The position numbers and the translations under genes are program-made. Source: Candidatus Berkelbacteria bacterium (GTDB lineage Bacteria > Patescibacteriota > UBA1384 > DTJR01). From it: 64,000 nt of DNA. This document shows positions 1-9,852 of this stretch, piece by piece (the first letter of the stretch is position 1; each line of letters begins with the position of its first letter). The stretch spans positions 2,562 through 66,561 of the forward strand of contig JAOUGE010000004.1 in assembly GCA_029865605.1 (NCBI GenBank), written 5' to 3'. The notes under the pieces are model-generated. The model ran no database searches, was not told the origin of the DNA, and saw only the letters and a program-made list of their open reading frames with translations.

Positions 1-1
1 T

Positions 2-709
2 GTTTCCGTCTTTTTCCCCTACATTAGGCGCACCAAAAGCACTGTCTCAAAAGTCTTATCTCCCCCGATCTGGTTTCTCCACGCCCTTTTAATATTTATT
101 TTTCTCTGTACTATTTTGCCCCAATTTACTCTTTCGGCAAAAGTTATCGACTCTGTTGACAAATCTCTCATTTTTTCACTAACAGATAGAATTGGACCGA
201 TAAACCGGCTTAAGACATCTAACTTGCAATCTCTTAACCACGCTTTGGCTAAAGCAGTGGTTGTTTCGCAGACTAATACTGAATCAATAAATCTTAACTC
301 GGGCTATAACATCTCCGAGATAAAGCTTTCCAAAAAAGAAGGAGAAGTGATTTATACCCTAATAAATCAAGAGAGAGTAAAGGTCGGTATGAGCTATCTT
401 GAAGAGGATCAAAATCTTGAGCTTTTAGCAGCAAATTACGCTGTTGAAATTGCCCGCAACAGACGCCTTTCTCACGTTGGGTTAAATGGTCTGACTCCCG
501 AGGGCCGCGCCAGAGCTCTGGGAGTAAAGTTTGATTATCTTGGCGAGAATCTGGCTGTGGCGCCTGAAACGGAGATTGCCCATGAGAAACTGTTTCAATC
601 CCCCTCCCACCATAAAAATATCGTTTCGCCGGTTTTTCGGAGAATGGGGGTGGCCGTTTTGGATTTAGGTAGAGCTGGAAAAATTGTTGTTCAAGAGTTT
701 GCTAACTAA
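2..709 (+). CDS. CAP (SCP) domain protein with N-terminal hydrophobic segment; 5'-partial
   Basis: Frame is open back to the window start. CAP motifs LINQER, SH, GENLA, SPSHHKNI, VQEF. Confidence 0.8.
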   Translation, partial: VSVFFPYIRRTKSTVSKVLSPPIWFLHALLIFIFLCTILPQFTLSAKVIDSVDKSLIFSLTDRIGPINRLKTSNLQSLNHALAKAVVVSQTNTESINLNSGYNISEIKLSKKEGEVIYTLINQERVKVGMSYLEEDQNLELLAANYAVEIARNRRLSHVGLNGLTPEGRARALGVKFDYLGENLAVAPETEIAHEKLFQSPSHHKNIVSPVFRRMGVAVLDLGRAGKIVVQEFAN

Positions 710-724
710 TTGGAGGCTAATGAC

Positions 725-1531
725 ATGATACTGGAAGGCAGAGAGCTTGCCTCAAGAATAATAAAAGAATTGGGGGCAGCGCCGCCGCCGCGCAATTGTC
801 TTGCGGTTATTCAGGTCGGAAACGATCCCGTGAGTACTCTTTATGTGGCCAAAAAAAAAGAGATCGCCGATGAGTTGGGCGTTTGCCTTAAACTAGCCAA
901 GCTGCCGGCGACGGCTACTGAAGACAATATCTTGGCTGAAGTTCTCAGCTTGAACGATGATAGCTCGGTTGGCGGTATCCTTGTCCAGATGCCCTTACCC
1001 CAAGCCGCTGATCGAAACAAAATCGTCTCTGCAATTGAGCCAAAAAAAGATCCAGATGGCTTTCATTGCCTTTTGAAAAGTGAGAAATTCCACTGCATTC
1101 CCCCGACGGTTCTGGCAATAGACGAGATCTTGGATTTCTATCAGATAGAAAAGCGCAACAAGAATATCTTGGTTGTTGGGGGCGGTTTTTTGGTCGGGCG
1201 ACCTCTGTTCGAGTTCTGGAAGGAAAAAGGTTTCCAAGTTAGTATATTAGAGAAAGACGCAAGTAATTACTCGGAGGAGCTTAAAAGAGCCCAAATAGCG
1301 GTGGTTTCGACTGGCGGCGGCGGTAGGTTTAGTTTTCAAGACTTTTCAGCTGGCGCTGTGGTGATAGACGCTTCAACTGTCTCTGACGACGGTAAGTTAA
1401 GGGGGGATGTCGAAGTCGAGGGTTGGCCCGATGATCGCCATCTTTGTCCCGTTCCCGGCGGGATTGGGCCGGTGACAGTGGCGATGTTGTTTAAGAATTT
1501 TTACGATCTTCAAAATACGCTCACCACTTGA
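725..1531 (+). CDS. folD: Bifunctional methylenetetrahydrofolate dehydrogenase/cyclohydrolase
   Basis: LAVIQVGND, YVAKK, GILVQMPLP, KDPDG, PVPGGIGPVTVAML. Start set at ATG 725 (MILEGR). Confidence 0.93.
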   Translation: MILEGRELASRIIKELGAAPPPRNCLAVIQVGNDPVSTLYVAKKKEIADELGVCLKLAKLPATATEDNILAEVLSLNDDSSVGGILVQMPLPQAADRNKIVSAIEPKKDPDGFHCLLKSEKFHCIPPTVLAIDEILDFYQIEKRNKNILVVGGGFLVGRPLFEFWKEKGFQVSILEKDASNYSEELKRAQIAVVSTGGGGRFSFQDFSAGAVVIDASTVSDDGKLRGDVEVEGWPDDRHLCPVPGGIGPVTVAMLFKNFYDLQNTLTT

Positions 1532-1680
1532 CACAAAGACACGCGGTTCTTTTCCCAGCGGAAAAGCCCGCTCTTGAGAGAATTCTCGCGTTCCACCCGC
1601 TCGAAGCGGCTCGCTCGTCCCGACAAAGTGTCGGGACACCGGCTCGCTTCGCCTGCGAATGGTCTTTGTTACCAAGTGGT
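1518..1680. repeat. ~160-bp palindromic intergenic element, copy A
   Basis: Near-identical blocks to 30212-30397. Internal hairpin TCCCGAC-AAAGT-GTCGGGA; ACCACTTG/CAAGTGGT inverted ends. Confidence 0.85.
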
Positions 1681-1735
1681 TCGCTCGAAAAGATACGCTT
1701 TCCATTTTTCCTGATTTCGTTTAAGATATCTTTGT

Positions 1736-2923
1736 ATGAAAAGCGCAAAATTCGCAAAAACTGTATTTGTTTTGTCACTTGCAGTAGTCGTTCTAGCTTC
1801 GGGGACGATCGGTTATTTTTTGGGTAATGGCAGAATTAATTTAAAAGCCGATCTCTCTCAAAGAAGCGGTGACCTGACCGACTCCGACCTGAAGCTTTTT
1901 TGGGAAGCATATAACAAACTCAAAGAATCATATCTGGGCTCGATCGATCCCCAAAAATATCTTTATGGAGCAATCGGAGGCGGTTACAGCTCGGTTGGCG
2001 ACCCCTACACTGTTTTCCTCCCGCCTGAATTGTCGGAGGAATTTGTTAAAGAATTGTCTGGCGATCTGGAGGGGATAGGAATAAAAATCGGGATGCTTGA
2101 TGGTATGCCGGCGGTGATTGCTCCGCTTGATGATTCCCCGGCGCAAAAAGCCGGACTGAAACCGAAAGACAAAATACTTAAAGTTGATGATACTGAAACT
2201 GCGGGCGTCACTTTAGACGAGGTGGTCTCAAAAATCAGGGGTAAGGCCGGAACGAGAGTCAAGATAGTGGTGATGCGCGACGGCGAAGGGGAGACTCGTA
2301 GTTTCGAAATCGAACGGGCGAAAATTGATGTTAAAACCGTTGAGCTTGGGTATAAGGGCGATGTCGCGATTATTACTCTTAATGAGTTCGGGTTTGAAAC
2401 AAAAGATGAATTTCTCAAAGCGGTCCAGCAAGTTTCCGATAAAAATATCTCGAAAGTCATCCTTGATTTAAGAAATAATCCCGGAGGACTCCTAGACGGC
2501 GCGGTTGATATCTCGGGGGAGATTTTTTCGCGGGATACATTGGTTGTTATTGAGGAGGGCAAGGGCGAGAAGCGCGAGCTAAAAACTAGCGGTAATGAGA
2601 CCTTAAAGCAGGTTAAGCTGGCCGTTTTAATTAATGGGGGGACTGCCTCGTCGGCCGAGATTGTCGCTGGCGCCGTCCGCGATCATGGGCGGGGCAAAGT
2701 CATCGGTCAAAAAACCTTTGGCAAGGGTACGGTCCAGCAATATGAGGGGTTAACCGGCGGCTCTGCGGCGCGAATCACTGTTGCAAAATGGCTGACCCCA
2801 AAGGGCATAAATATCGACAAGAACGGTATCGTTCCCGACATTGAAGTGCCAGAAGCCCAAAATGCTCTTTTTTCCGATAATGACCCTCTGATTAATCGGG
2901 CGATTGAGGAACTATCAAAATAA
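1736..2923 (+). CDS. ctpA: S41 carboxy-terminal processing protease with PDZ domain
   Basis: DPYT, GIG, DLRNNPGG, TASSAEI, GQKTFGKG; N-terminal TM segment. Confidence 0.93.
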   Translation: MKSAKFAKTVFVLSLAVVVLASGTIGYFLGNGRINLKADLSQRSGDLTDSDLKLFWEAYNKLKESYLGSIDPQKYLYGAIGGGYSSVGDPYTVFLPPELSEEFVKELSGDLEGIGIKIGMLDGMPAVIAPLDDSPAQKAGLKPKDKILKVDDTETAGVTLDEVVSKIRGKAGTRVKIVVMRDGEGETRSFEIERAKIDVKTVELGYKGDVAIITLNEFGFETKDEFLKAVQQVSDKNISKVILDLRNNPGGLLDGAVDISGEIFSRDTLVVIEEGKGEKRELKTSGNETLKQVKLAVLINGGTASSAEIVAGAVRDHGRGKVIGQKTFGKGTVQQYEGLTGGSAARITVAKWLTPKGINIDKNGIVPDIEVPEAQNALFSDNDPLINRAIEELSK

Positions 2924-3004
2924 TTTGGGCGTTAGCTGAAGGTTTTTATCCCTGTTCGCTTGACAATAATCTTTTTGCTATAATTTAAATAGAAGGAGGG
3001 AATA

Positions 3005-4114
3005 ATGCCCGATGTTTTAGGTAATCAACAAACAAATCAACAGGATCCGTCTAGTCTCGACTCAAGCCAAGGTAAATCGCCGCTTGAGGAAGACGCTCTG
3101 AATTCTCCGCCAAGTCCTCCGCCTCCGCCCTCTCCTTCAGGACCGGAACCTCCTCCTCCACCTCCAGCTGAGCCAACACCGCCGGCAGCGCCGCCGAGTG
3201 AAACTCCGAGCAATCCAAACGGCTCCGTACCCGATACGGAAGAATTTTTAAAAAGTATTTTAGAGGAGAGTCCTCCCGCTCCTGCTTCGCCTGAAGCTCC
3301 CGCGCCCGGAGCGCCGCCGCCTGCACCACCTCCACCTCCTCCGTCACCAACTGCGCCGCCAGCGGCGGAGGCTGAAGCTCCGCCCCCACCCCAGACAGGC
3401 GAGCCGAAAATAAAAGATAGTGTAAGCGGTTGGGACGATATTATGGCTCCTCCGGAGTCGGCTCAAGTTGGCCAAGCACCCCCACCGAGCGGAGGGGTAA
3501 GCCAAGATGTGGTTGGGGCAATGTCGAGTCAGCCGCAAGGCGGCAAGGGGCCCCTTAAGTTAATAATTCTGATCGTTGTCGTTGTTGCTATAGCGATTGG
3601 CGGCTATTTTGCCTATACTACTTTCTTCTCAACGTCTTCGCAGCAGCCAACAGAAGAATCTCTCACAACAGCTCCATCTCCTGTGGCTATTCAGACCGGT
3701 GACGAGGTTAGGAAAAGTGATTTGGCGAATCTGCAGGAAGCCCTTAAGAATTATTATGCCGGTTCTGGGAGCTATCCGCTGGCTGAGAAGCTGATTCTTT
3801 TAGGCAGTGAGGACAATGCCTTGACAACGGCGTTGGTACCAACATATATTGAAAAAATCCCACTCGATCCTGATTATCCCTCCAAGCAGTACGGTTATAT
3901 CTCTGACGGTAAGACATTTACCCTTTCAGCGATTATGGACTCAAGTGACGATCCCGCGGTAGTTTCAGAGGGCGGCTTGTATCTTTACAAAGTAACCCCG
4001 ACTACGCTAGTCTCTACTCAAGGAGAAGCAACTGCAGTTTCATCTTCGCCGACATCCGGGGAATTAGAATTCGAGACGGAGTCGGAGCTTGAGTCAGAAG
4101 GCTTGAATCTTTAA
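3005..4114 (+). CDS. Proline-rich membrane protein with C-terminal pilin/GspG-like domain
   Basis: Poly-Pro N-terminus, single TM, then DEVRKSDLANLQEALKNYY..GSYP and IPLDP motifs typical of pseudopilin bodies. Strong SD. Confidence 0.65.
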   Translation: MPDVLGNQQTNQQDPSSLDSSQGKSPLEEDALNSPPSPPPPPSPSGPEPPPPPPAEPTPPAAPPSETPSNPNGSVPDTEEFLKSILEESPPAPASPEAPAPGAPPPAPPPPPPSPTAPPAAEAEAPPPPQTGEPKIKDSVSGWDDIMAPPESAQVGQAPPPSGGVSQDVVGAMSSQPQGGKGPLKLIILIVVVVAIAIGGYFAYTTFFSTSSQQPTEESLTTAPSPVAIQTGDEVRKSDLANLQEALKNYYAGSGSYPLAEKLILLGSEDNALTTALVPTYIEKIPLDPDYPSKQYGYISDGKTFTLSAIMDSSDDPAVVSEGGLYLYKVTPTTLVSTQGEATAVSSSPTSGELEFETESELESEGLNL

Positions 4115-4138
4115 AAAGAATTTAACTAAAGAGGTAAT

Positions 4139-4702
4139 ATGGCTATTGTCTATATTTTGCTAGGTATTGTCGGAGTAATTATTCTCTATATTATTGTTGT
4201 ATTTAATGGATTGGTGACGCTAAAGACCAGGTGCGAGGAGGCTTGGAGCGACATTGACGTTCAGCTCAAGCGCCGCTATGATCTTATTCCCAATCTCGTC
4301 AACACGGTTAAGGGCTATGCCAAACACGAAAAAGAGCTTTTTGAGAAAGTAACTGAAGCCCGCGCGAAAGCGATGGGGGCAAAAGATATCAAGGAGCAGG
4401 GCAAAGCGGAAAATATGCTGACCAATGCCTTAAAATCCGTTTTTGCCGTTGCTGAAAATTATCCTAACCTTAAGGCGAACGAGAACTTCTTGCATCTTCA
4501 GGGAGAGCTGACAGATACGGAAAACAAAATTGAGGCTTCAAGGCGGTTTTACAACGCTAATGTCAGGGATCTAAATATCAAGATTAAATCATTTCCGAGC
4601 AATGTGATCGCCAACACCTTCAAGTTTGAACCTAAGGTTTTGTTTGAAATCGCGGCTTCACAGGCCGAAGCTGCTAAGGAGCCGCCTAAAGTCGAGATGT
4701 AG
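4139..4702 (+). CDS. lemA: LemA family protein
   Basis: AWSDIDVQLKRRYDLIPNLV, AENYPNLKAN, RRFYN. Confidence 0.95.
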   Translation: MAIVYILLGIVGVIILYIIVVFNGLVTLKTRCEEAWSDIDVQLKRRYDLIPNLVNTVKGYAKHEKELFEKVTEARAKAMGAKDIKEQGKAENMLTNALKSVFAVAENYPNLKANENFLHLQGELTDTENKIEASRRFYNANVRDLNIKIKSFPSNVIANTFKFEPKVLFEIAASQAEAAKEPPKVEM

Positions 4703-4705
4703 GTT

Positions 4706-5179
4706 ATGAAGAGGATATTAATTATTATTGCCGCGATAGTAATTGTTGGGGGAGTAGCTTATTACGCCTATTCGCGGTATGCCGCTCAAAAGCGCTCCGA
4801 AGAACTAGCGGCAGAGTTTACCGAAACCGGCTTTAAGTTGGGCTCGGGCGCTGACGAGAAAGTTGTCGAGAAAATCAATGAACCCCTTAAGATTGACTAC
4901 GGAGTTAGTATTTACCCGGGCTCAAAAGCGTCGGAAACTCCCTCCGCCTATGTTGAAAACGCGGGAGTCCAATATACTATCGGGACCTTCAGCACCTCGG
5001 ATTCAGCCGATAAGGTGGTCGCTTACTATCAGAAACAATTCGGTTCCGATGCCCAGACTAACAAAGCGACTTTGGGGGACGTGGTCTATACCGTGATAAC
5101 AAAGAAAAACATCAACCGGCCGGTGGCGAGCGTTTACAGGGATGGCAAGCTCACCTCCTATATGCTAATTACTTACTAA
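4706..5179 (+). CDS. Hypothetical membrane-anchored protein
   Basis: N-terminal TM; packed between lemA and htpX. Confidence 0.7.
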   Translation: MKRILIIIAAIVIVGGVAYYAYSRYAAQKRSEELAAEFTETGFKLGSGADEKVVEKINEPLKIDYGVSIYPGSKASETPSAYVENAGVQYTIGTFSTSDSADKVVAYYQKQFGSDAQTNKATLGDVVYTVITKKNINRPVASVYRDGKLTSYMLITY

Positions 5180-5186
5180 ACTATGA

Positions 5187-6089
5187 ATGTATAAACAAAT
5201 CTCTTCAAACATACGCTTAACCTGGGGGCTAATGACCCTTTTTTTGATTTTTGTTATAGCTGTCGGCTGGGTTTTTGCCCGCGCTTATAGCGAGCCGATT
5301 ATTCTTGTTATCGCAGTCTTGGTCGCGGTCGCTCAGTCGCTTGTTTCCTATTATTATTCCGATAAAATCGCTCTTTTCACGACCGGCGCGAAGCAGCCGA
5401 AAAGATCGGATTTTTTGGAGCTCTTTAGGGTTGTCGAAAACCTATCCATTGCCTCCGGTTTGCCCCAACCTAAAATCTATGTCATTTCTGATCCGGCACC
5501 GAACGCCTTTGCCACTGGGCGCGACCCGAAAAATGCAACTTTAGCCGTGACGACAGGGCTTCTGCAACGCCTTAATAAGACCGAGCTCGAAGGGGTAATC
5601 TCTCACGAGATGTCTCATATCGGAAATTATGACATCCGGCTGATGACGGTTGTTGTTGTTTTAGTTGGTGTGATAGCGCTTTTGGCCGATTGGTTTTTGC
5701 GAATGCGCTTTTGGGGCTTTCGCGGCAATGATCGCGAAGGCGGCGGCGCGTATTTGGTTTTGATCGGTTTGATTCTGTCGATTTTGGCGCCGATTTCAGC
5801 GACTTTGATTCAGCTGGCAATTTCACGACGGCGCGAGTACTTGGCCGACGCAACCGGCGCTTTGATGACCCGCTATCCGGAAGGTCTGGCCAGCGCCCTT
5901 GAAAAAATAGCTTTGGAGAAGAGAGAAATGCGTCTTAAAAATCGCGCTACCGCTCATCTTTTTATTGCTGATCCTTATAAGTCCGATAAAAAATCTCAAA
6001 AGAGCGAGTCTTGGCTGGCGGTTGCCTTTTCTACGCATCCACCGATTGCCGAGCGCATCCGGCGTTTGCGGGAGATGATAGGACGCTAA
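5187..6089 (+). CDS. htpX: M48 zinc metalloprotease HtpX
   Basis: PNAFATG, HEMSH, SRRREYLAD, STHPP. Confidence 0.93.
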   Translation: MYKQISSNIRLTWGLMTLFLIFVIAVGWVFARAYSEPIILVIAVLVAVAQSLVSYYYSDKIALFTTGAKQPKRSDFLELFRVVENLSIASGLPQPKIYVISDPAPNAFATGRDPKNATLAVTTGLLQRLNKTELEGVISHEMSHIGNYDIRLMTVVVVLVGVIALLADWFLRMRFWGFRGNDREGGGAYLVLIGLILSILAPISATLIQLAISRRREYLADATGALMTRYPEGLASALEKIALEKREMRLKNRATAHLFIADPYKSDKKSQKSESWLAVAFSTHPPIAERIRRLREMIGR

Positions 6090-6116
6090 TTATTTATTTC
6101 TGGTTCTAAAATGGGT

Positions 6117-6143
6117 CGAGGCCGCCTATGGAAGGCGGCCTCG
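6117..6143. terminator. GC-rich 10-bp hairpin between htpX and the convergent minus-strand RNA
   Basis: CGAGGCCGCC-TATGGAA-GGCGGCCTCG. Confidence 0.6.
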
Positions 6144-6149
6144 GAATGG

Positions 6150-6271
6150 GTTCGTTGACGAGAGGCCCTCTGGCGACGCAATGTGCGGCTCGCGCCATGA
6201 AGTGGAAGCTAACGCGGCCGGGGCTATAGAACGTCTAGCCCGCCCGCCGCGAAACCTCATCATCAACGAAC
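6150..6271 (-). ncRNA. Putative structured ncRNA of unknown family
   Basis: Starts just after a sigma70 promoter. Ends pair (6255-6271 with 6150-6165), two internal stems, downstream hairpin, no SD-led ORF. Confidence 0.55.
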
Positions 6272-6276
6272 GATAA

Positions 6277-6305
6277 AATATACCACTTTTCCTTGAAATT
6301 GTCAA
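6277..6305 (-). promoter_or_regulatory. Sigma70 promoter
   Basis: TTGACA-17 nt-TATATT with extended TG on the minus strand. Confidence 0.7.
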
Positions 6306-6348
6306 TACCCTATGACACAATCAGATTAGGCTTGTTATCCTAAATAAT

Positions 6349-8070
6349 ATGATCAACAAAACCTGTCGACAGTGTAAAAAAGAATTCGCAGTCGAGGACG
6401 ACGACCTCTCATTTTACAAAAAAATCTCCCCCACTTTTGCCGGAAAGACCTTTGATATCCCCCCGCCAACCTCGTGTCCGGAGTGTCGTCAGATGCGTCG
6501 GCTTGCCTGGCGTAATGAAAGGTCGATTTATAAACGAAAATGCGATAAAACAGGCAGAGAAATCGTCAGCATTTTTTCTCCTGACAAAAAAGATTACACT
6601 GTTTACGATCAGCAGATCTGGTGGGGTGACACTTGGGACGCTATGGAATATGGACAGGACTTTGATCCCAACCAGCCGTTTTTTAAGCAATTAGGCCTGC
6701 TCAATAAAAAAGTACCTAAGCTCTCTTTAAATAATATAAACACGGTAAATAGCGAGTACGGCAATCACGTGATGGAGATAAAAAACTGCTATATGTCGGT
6801 AGTTACTTATTATGGCAGTGAGGACGTGCATTATTCTTACGGGGCATTCACTTGTAAAAACTCCATTGACTTATTCATCAGCGAGAAGTGTGAAAACAGC
6901 TATCGCCTTATATATTGTGACAACTGTTATAATTGCCGATATTCTCAACGGCTCAACAATTGCACTGATTGTTATTATTCTATTGATCTGACGGCGTGCT
7001 CGAATTGCCTTTTTTGCTCGAACTTAAAGCACAAGGAATACCACATTCACAACAAAAAATATTCTAAAGAAGATTACGAAAAAGAGCTGCAAAAATATGA
7101 TTTTGGTTCTTGGGAAAAATCAAAGCAATATTGGCAGGAGTTTGTTGAGTTAAAAAATAACTCGATCGTTAAGTTCGCTAACAATGTAAATTGCGATAAT
7201 TGTTCGGGCGATGATTTGACAAATTGCAAGGATGTGAAGTATTCCTTCAGCCAGAAGAGATCGGAACATTCAAAATACAGTTTGCGAGGGGTAAATGATA
7301 AATACTGCTATGACTATATGGGTGGGGACATAGAGTGGGGTTATGAGTTTTTGAGCTCGGGCTATGGCAGCTCTATTTTATTTTGCTATTTAGAAGAAAG
7401 GTCGGCAAACTTGGCTTATTGCATAAGCTGCTTTGGCTGCCGAGATTGCTTTGGGTGTGTGGGATTGAAGAATAAACAGTACTGCGTATTTAATAAAGAG
7501 TATTCAAAGGAAAGTTACGAAGCTTTTGTAGCAAAAATTATTGAGAGGATGATGGCGGATAAAGAGTGGGGAGAGTTTTATCCCTATCAAATGTCGCCGT
7601 TTGGTTTTAACGAGACGCTTGGCTATTCTTATTATCCAATCAAAAAAGAGGAAGCACTAAAGCTTGGCGCCAAGTGGCAGGACGATGATTTCGGTATTAA
7701 ATTTGATGGTAAATTCTATGAGCCGGAAGACGATATTGAAGAGTATAACAAGAGCCAAGAGAAGCGGGAAGAACTGTTGAATGGCGTATTGAAGTGCGAA
7801 GTTTCCGGCAAGCCGTTTAAAATAGTTCCGCAGGAACTTGCATTTTATATGGAACAAAAAGTCCCGATTCCGAGGAAACATTATGACATTAGATACAAAG
7901 AAAATTTTGCTCTTCAGAATCCCCGTAAACTCTGGCATCGCCAATGTGTGTGTGAAGAAAAAGGTCACGGTCACGAGGGAAGATGTAAAAACGAATTCGA
8001 GACAACATACGCTTCCGACAGACCGGAAAAGGTGTATTGCGAAAAGTGCTACCAGAAATCTGTTATTTAG
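6349..8070 (+). CDS. Cys-rich repeat / zinc-ribbon protein, paralog 1
   Basis: N-terminal CxxC..CPxCR..WRNER, CxxC ladders, conserved C-terminus EFETTYA.DRPEKVYCE.CYQK. Confidence 0.9.
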   Translation: MINKTCRQCKKEFAVEDDDLSFYKKISPTFAGKTFDIPPPTSCPECRQMRRLAWRNERSIYKRKCDKTGREIVSIFSPDKKDYTVYDQQIWWGDTWDAMEYGQDFDPNQPFFKQLGLLNKKVPKLSLNNINTVNSEYGNHVMEIKNCYMSVVTYYGSEDVHYSYGAFTCKNSIDLFISEKCENSYRLIYCDNCYNCRYSQRLNNCTDCYYSIDLTACSNCLFCSNLKHKEYHIHNKKYSKEDYEKELQKYDFGSWEKSKQYWQEFVELKNNSIVKFANNVNCDNCSGDDLTNCKDVKYSFSQKRSEHSKYSLRGVNDKYCYDYMGGDIEWGYEFLSSGYGSSILFCYLEERSANLAYCISCFGCRDCFGCVGLKNKQYCVFNKEYSKESYEAFVAKIIERMMADKEWGEFYPYQMSPFGFNETLGYSYYPIKKEEALKLGAKWQDDDFGIKFDGKFYEPEDDIEEYNKSQEKREELLNGVLKCEVSGKPFKIVPQELAFYMEQKVPIPRKHYDIRYKENFALQNPRKLWHRQCVCEEKGHGHEGRCKNEFETTYASDRPEKVYCEKCYQKSVI

Positions 8071-8111
8071 TTTAGTCTGAATGAAATGAGGGATTACCAA
8101 AAGGCGGTCAT

Positions 8112-9770
8112 ATGACGAGAAAATGTATCTCATGTAAAAAAAATTTTGAGATTGAGAAAGAAGATTTAGCTTTTTACAAAAAAATTGGCCCTGTTATCAA
8201 TGAGAAAAAACTCGCAATCGATCCTCCTCGGGAATGTCCATCTTGCCGGGAGATCAGAAGGTGGGCTTATAGAAACCAGAGCTCGCTGTACAAGGCAAAA
8301 TCTGCCCTCTCCGGGGAAGAAATGATTTCTCTTTACCCTCCTATTACCGAATATACGGTATACAAAGAAAATGAGTGGTGGACGGACAAGTGGGATCCGC
8401 TTTCATACGGCCAAGAATATGATTTCTCCAGGCCATTTTTTGAACAGTTTTTCGAACTTCAAAAAAAAGTGCCGAGGCGGGCTCTCCAGCAGGACGGTAC
8501 TAACGAGAATTGCGAGTTTACTACCTACGGAACCAGTAATAAAAACTGCTATCTTGCCTTTGCTTGTAGTGTCTGTGAAGATGTCTACTATACTGATTGG
8601 TCTCATCAACTCAAAGATTGTATAGATTGTATTAAATGCGTGGGTGGTGAATTGCTATATGAGTGTGTAGATAGCAACAACTGCTATAATAGCATGCATT
8701 TAAAAGACTCTAACGCATGCCGGGAATCCTTTTTGCTTGAAGATTGCCAAAGTTGTGCCAATTGCATTTGCTGTAAAAATTTAGTCGAAAAAGAATATTA
8801 TTATTTCAACAAAAAAATCTCAAAACCCGAATATCAAAAAATAGTAGAAGAAGCAAAAAAAGACGATTTCAAGAAACTAGAAGAAAAGTTTAATAAATGG
8901 AAAAAGAGTCAGCCAGCTCGCTTTGCAAGGATTATCGGATCGGAAGAATGCACGGGTGATAATATTTTTAAGTGCAGAAACTGTAAGAAATGTTTTGACC
9001 TTTTGCTTGGAGCGGAGAATTGCAGGTATTGTTATTTCTGCGGAGGGGGTGCTAAGGAAATGTACGATTGCAATATGGCCGGCCAAGGGAGTGAGCTAAT
9101 TTATGAGATGCAAGCTACGGTTGGATCTTATAATTGCGCTTTTATTAACTTTTGTCGAATATCAAAAAATTGTTACTATTCTGATTCGCTTGGATCGTGT
9201 GATAGTTGTTTCGGTTGTATCGGCCTTAATCACAAAAACCATTGTATATTAAACGAGCAATACACAGAGGAAGAATACAAAAGATTACTGCCCAAAATTA
9301 TCGAGCATATGAGAAAGACCGGAGAGTGGGGGCGGGGTTTTCCGATTAAAAACTCGCCGTTTCCGTTTAACGATACTTCGGCATATGAACTTCATCCAAT
9401 CTCAAAGGAAGAGGCTTTAACGAAGGGCTACCTTTGGAATGACAATAAAGTTCTACCGCAAGACGAGAGCAAGATGACTAAAGACGTTTATCAATGCGTT
9501 TCCTGTCTAAGGAAATTCAAAATGATTCCGCACGAGTTATTTTTCTATGAAAGGATGAGCGTAAATAAACCCAAGCAATGCTTTTTCTGTCGAAGAAAAG
9601 AAAGACTAAAAAACAGAATCAGCTACTCGCTTTTTGAAAGAGAGTGCGTGTGCGAGGAGTCGGGTCACGGTCACGAGGGAAGGTGTAAGGTAGAATTTGA
9701 GACAACCTACGCACCGGATAGACCGGAGAAGGTATATTGTGAAGATTGTTATCAAAAATCTATTATATAA
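8112..9770 (+). CDS. Cys-rich repeat / zinc-ribbon protein, paralog 2
   Basis: Same architecture. Looks the most divergent in the body but keeps the conserved C-terminus. Confidence 0.9.
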   Translation: MTRKCISCKKNFEIEKEDLAFYKKIGPVINEKKLAIDPPRECPSCREIRRWAYRNQSSLYKAKSALSGEEMISLYPPITEYTVYKENEWWTDKWDPLSYGQEYDFSRPFFEQFFELQKKVPRRALQQDGTNENCEFTTYGTSNKNCYLAFACSVCEDVYYTDWSHQLKDCIDCIKCVGGELLYECVDSNNCYNSMHLKDSNACRESFLLEDCQSCANCICCKNLVEKEYYYFNKKISKPEYQKIVEEAKKDDFKKLEEKFNKWKKSQPARFARIIGSEECTGDNIFKCRNCKKCFDLLLGAENCRYCYFCGGGAKEMYDCNMAGQGSELIYEMQATVGSYNCAFINFCRISKNCYYSDSLGSCDSCFGCIGLNHKNHCILNEQYTEEEYKRLLPKIIEHMRKTGEWGRGFPIKNSPFPFNDTSAYELHPISKEEALTKGYLWNDNKVLPQDESKMTKDVYQCVSCLRKFKMIPHELFFYERMSVNKPKQCFFCRRKERLKNRISYSLFERECVCEESGHGHEGRCKVEFETTYAPDRPEKVYCEDCYQKSII

Positions 9771-9778
9771 AAACAATC

Positions 9779-9807
9779 TTCATGGTGAGCGAAGTCGAAT
9801 CCATGAA
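9779..9807. repeat. Small palindromic element
   Basis: TTCATGG-TGAGCGAAGTCGAAT-CCATGAA; REP-like intergenic hairpin. Confidence 0.5.
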
Positions 9808-9852
9808 AAGTGCTACCAAAACGCCGTGTTATAAGGTATAATTACACTGTAA

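Noticed and set aside
1397-1827. ORFs 1397-1705, 1521-1778 and 1528-1827
   Set aside because: They run through the palindromic repeat and overlap real genes.
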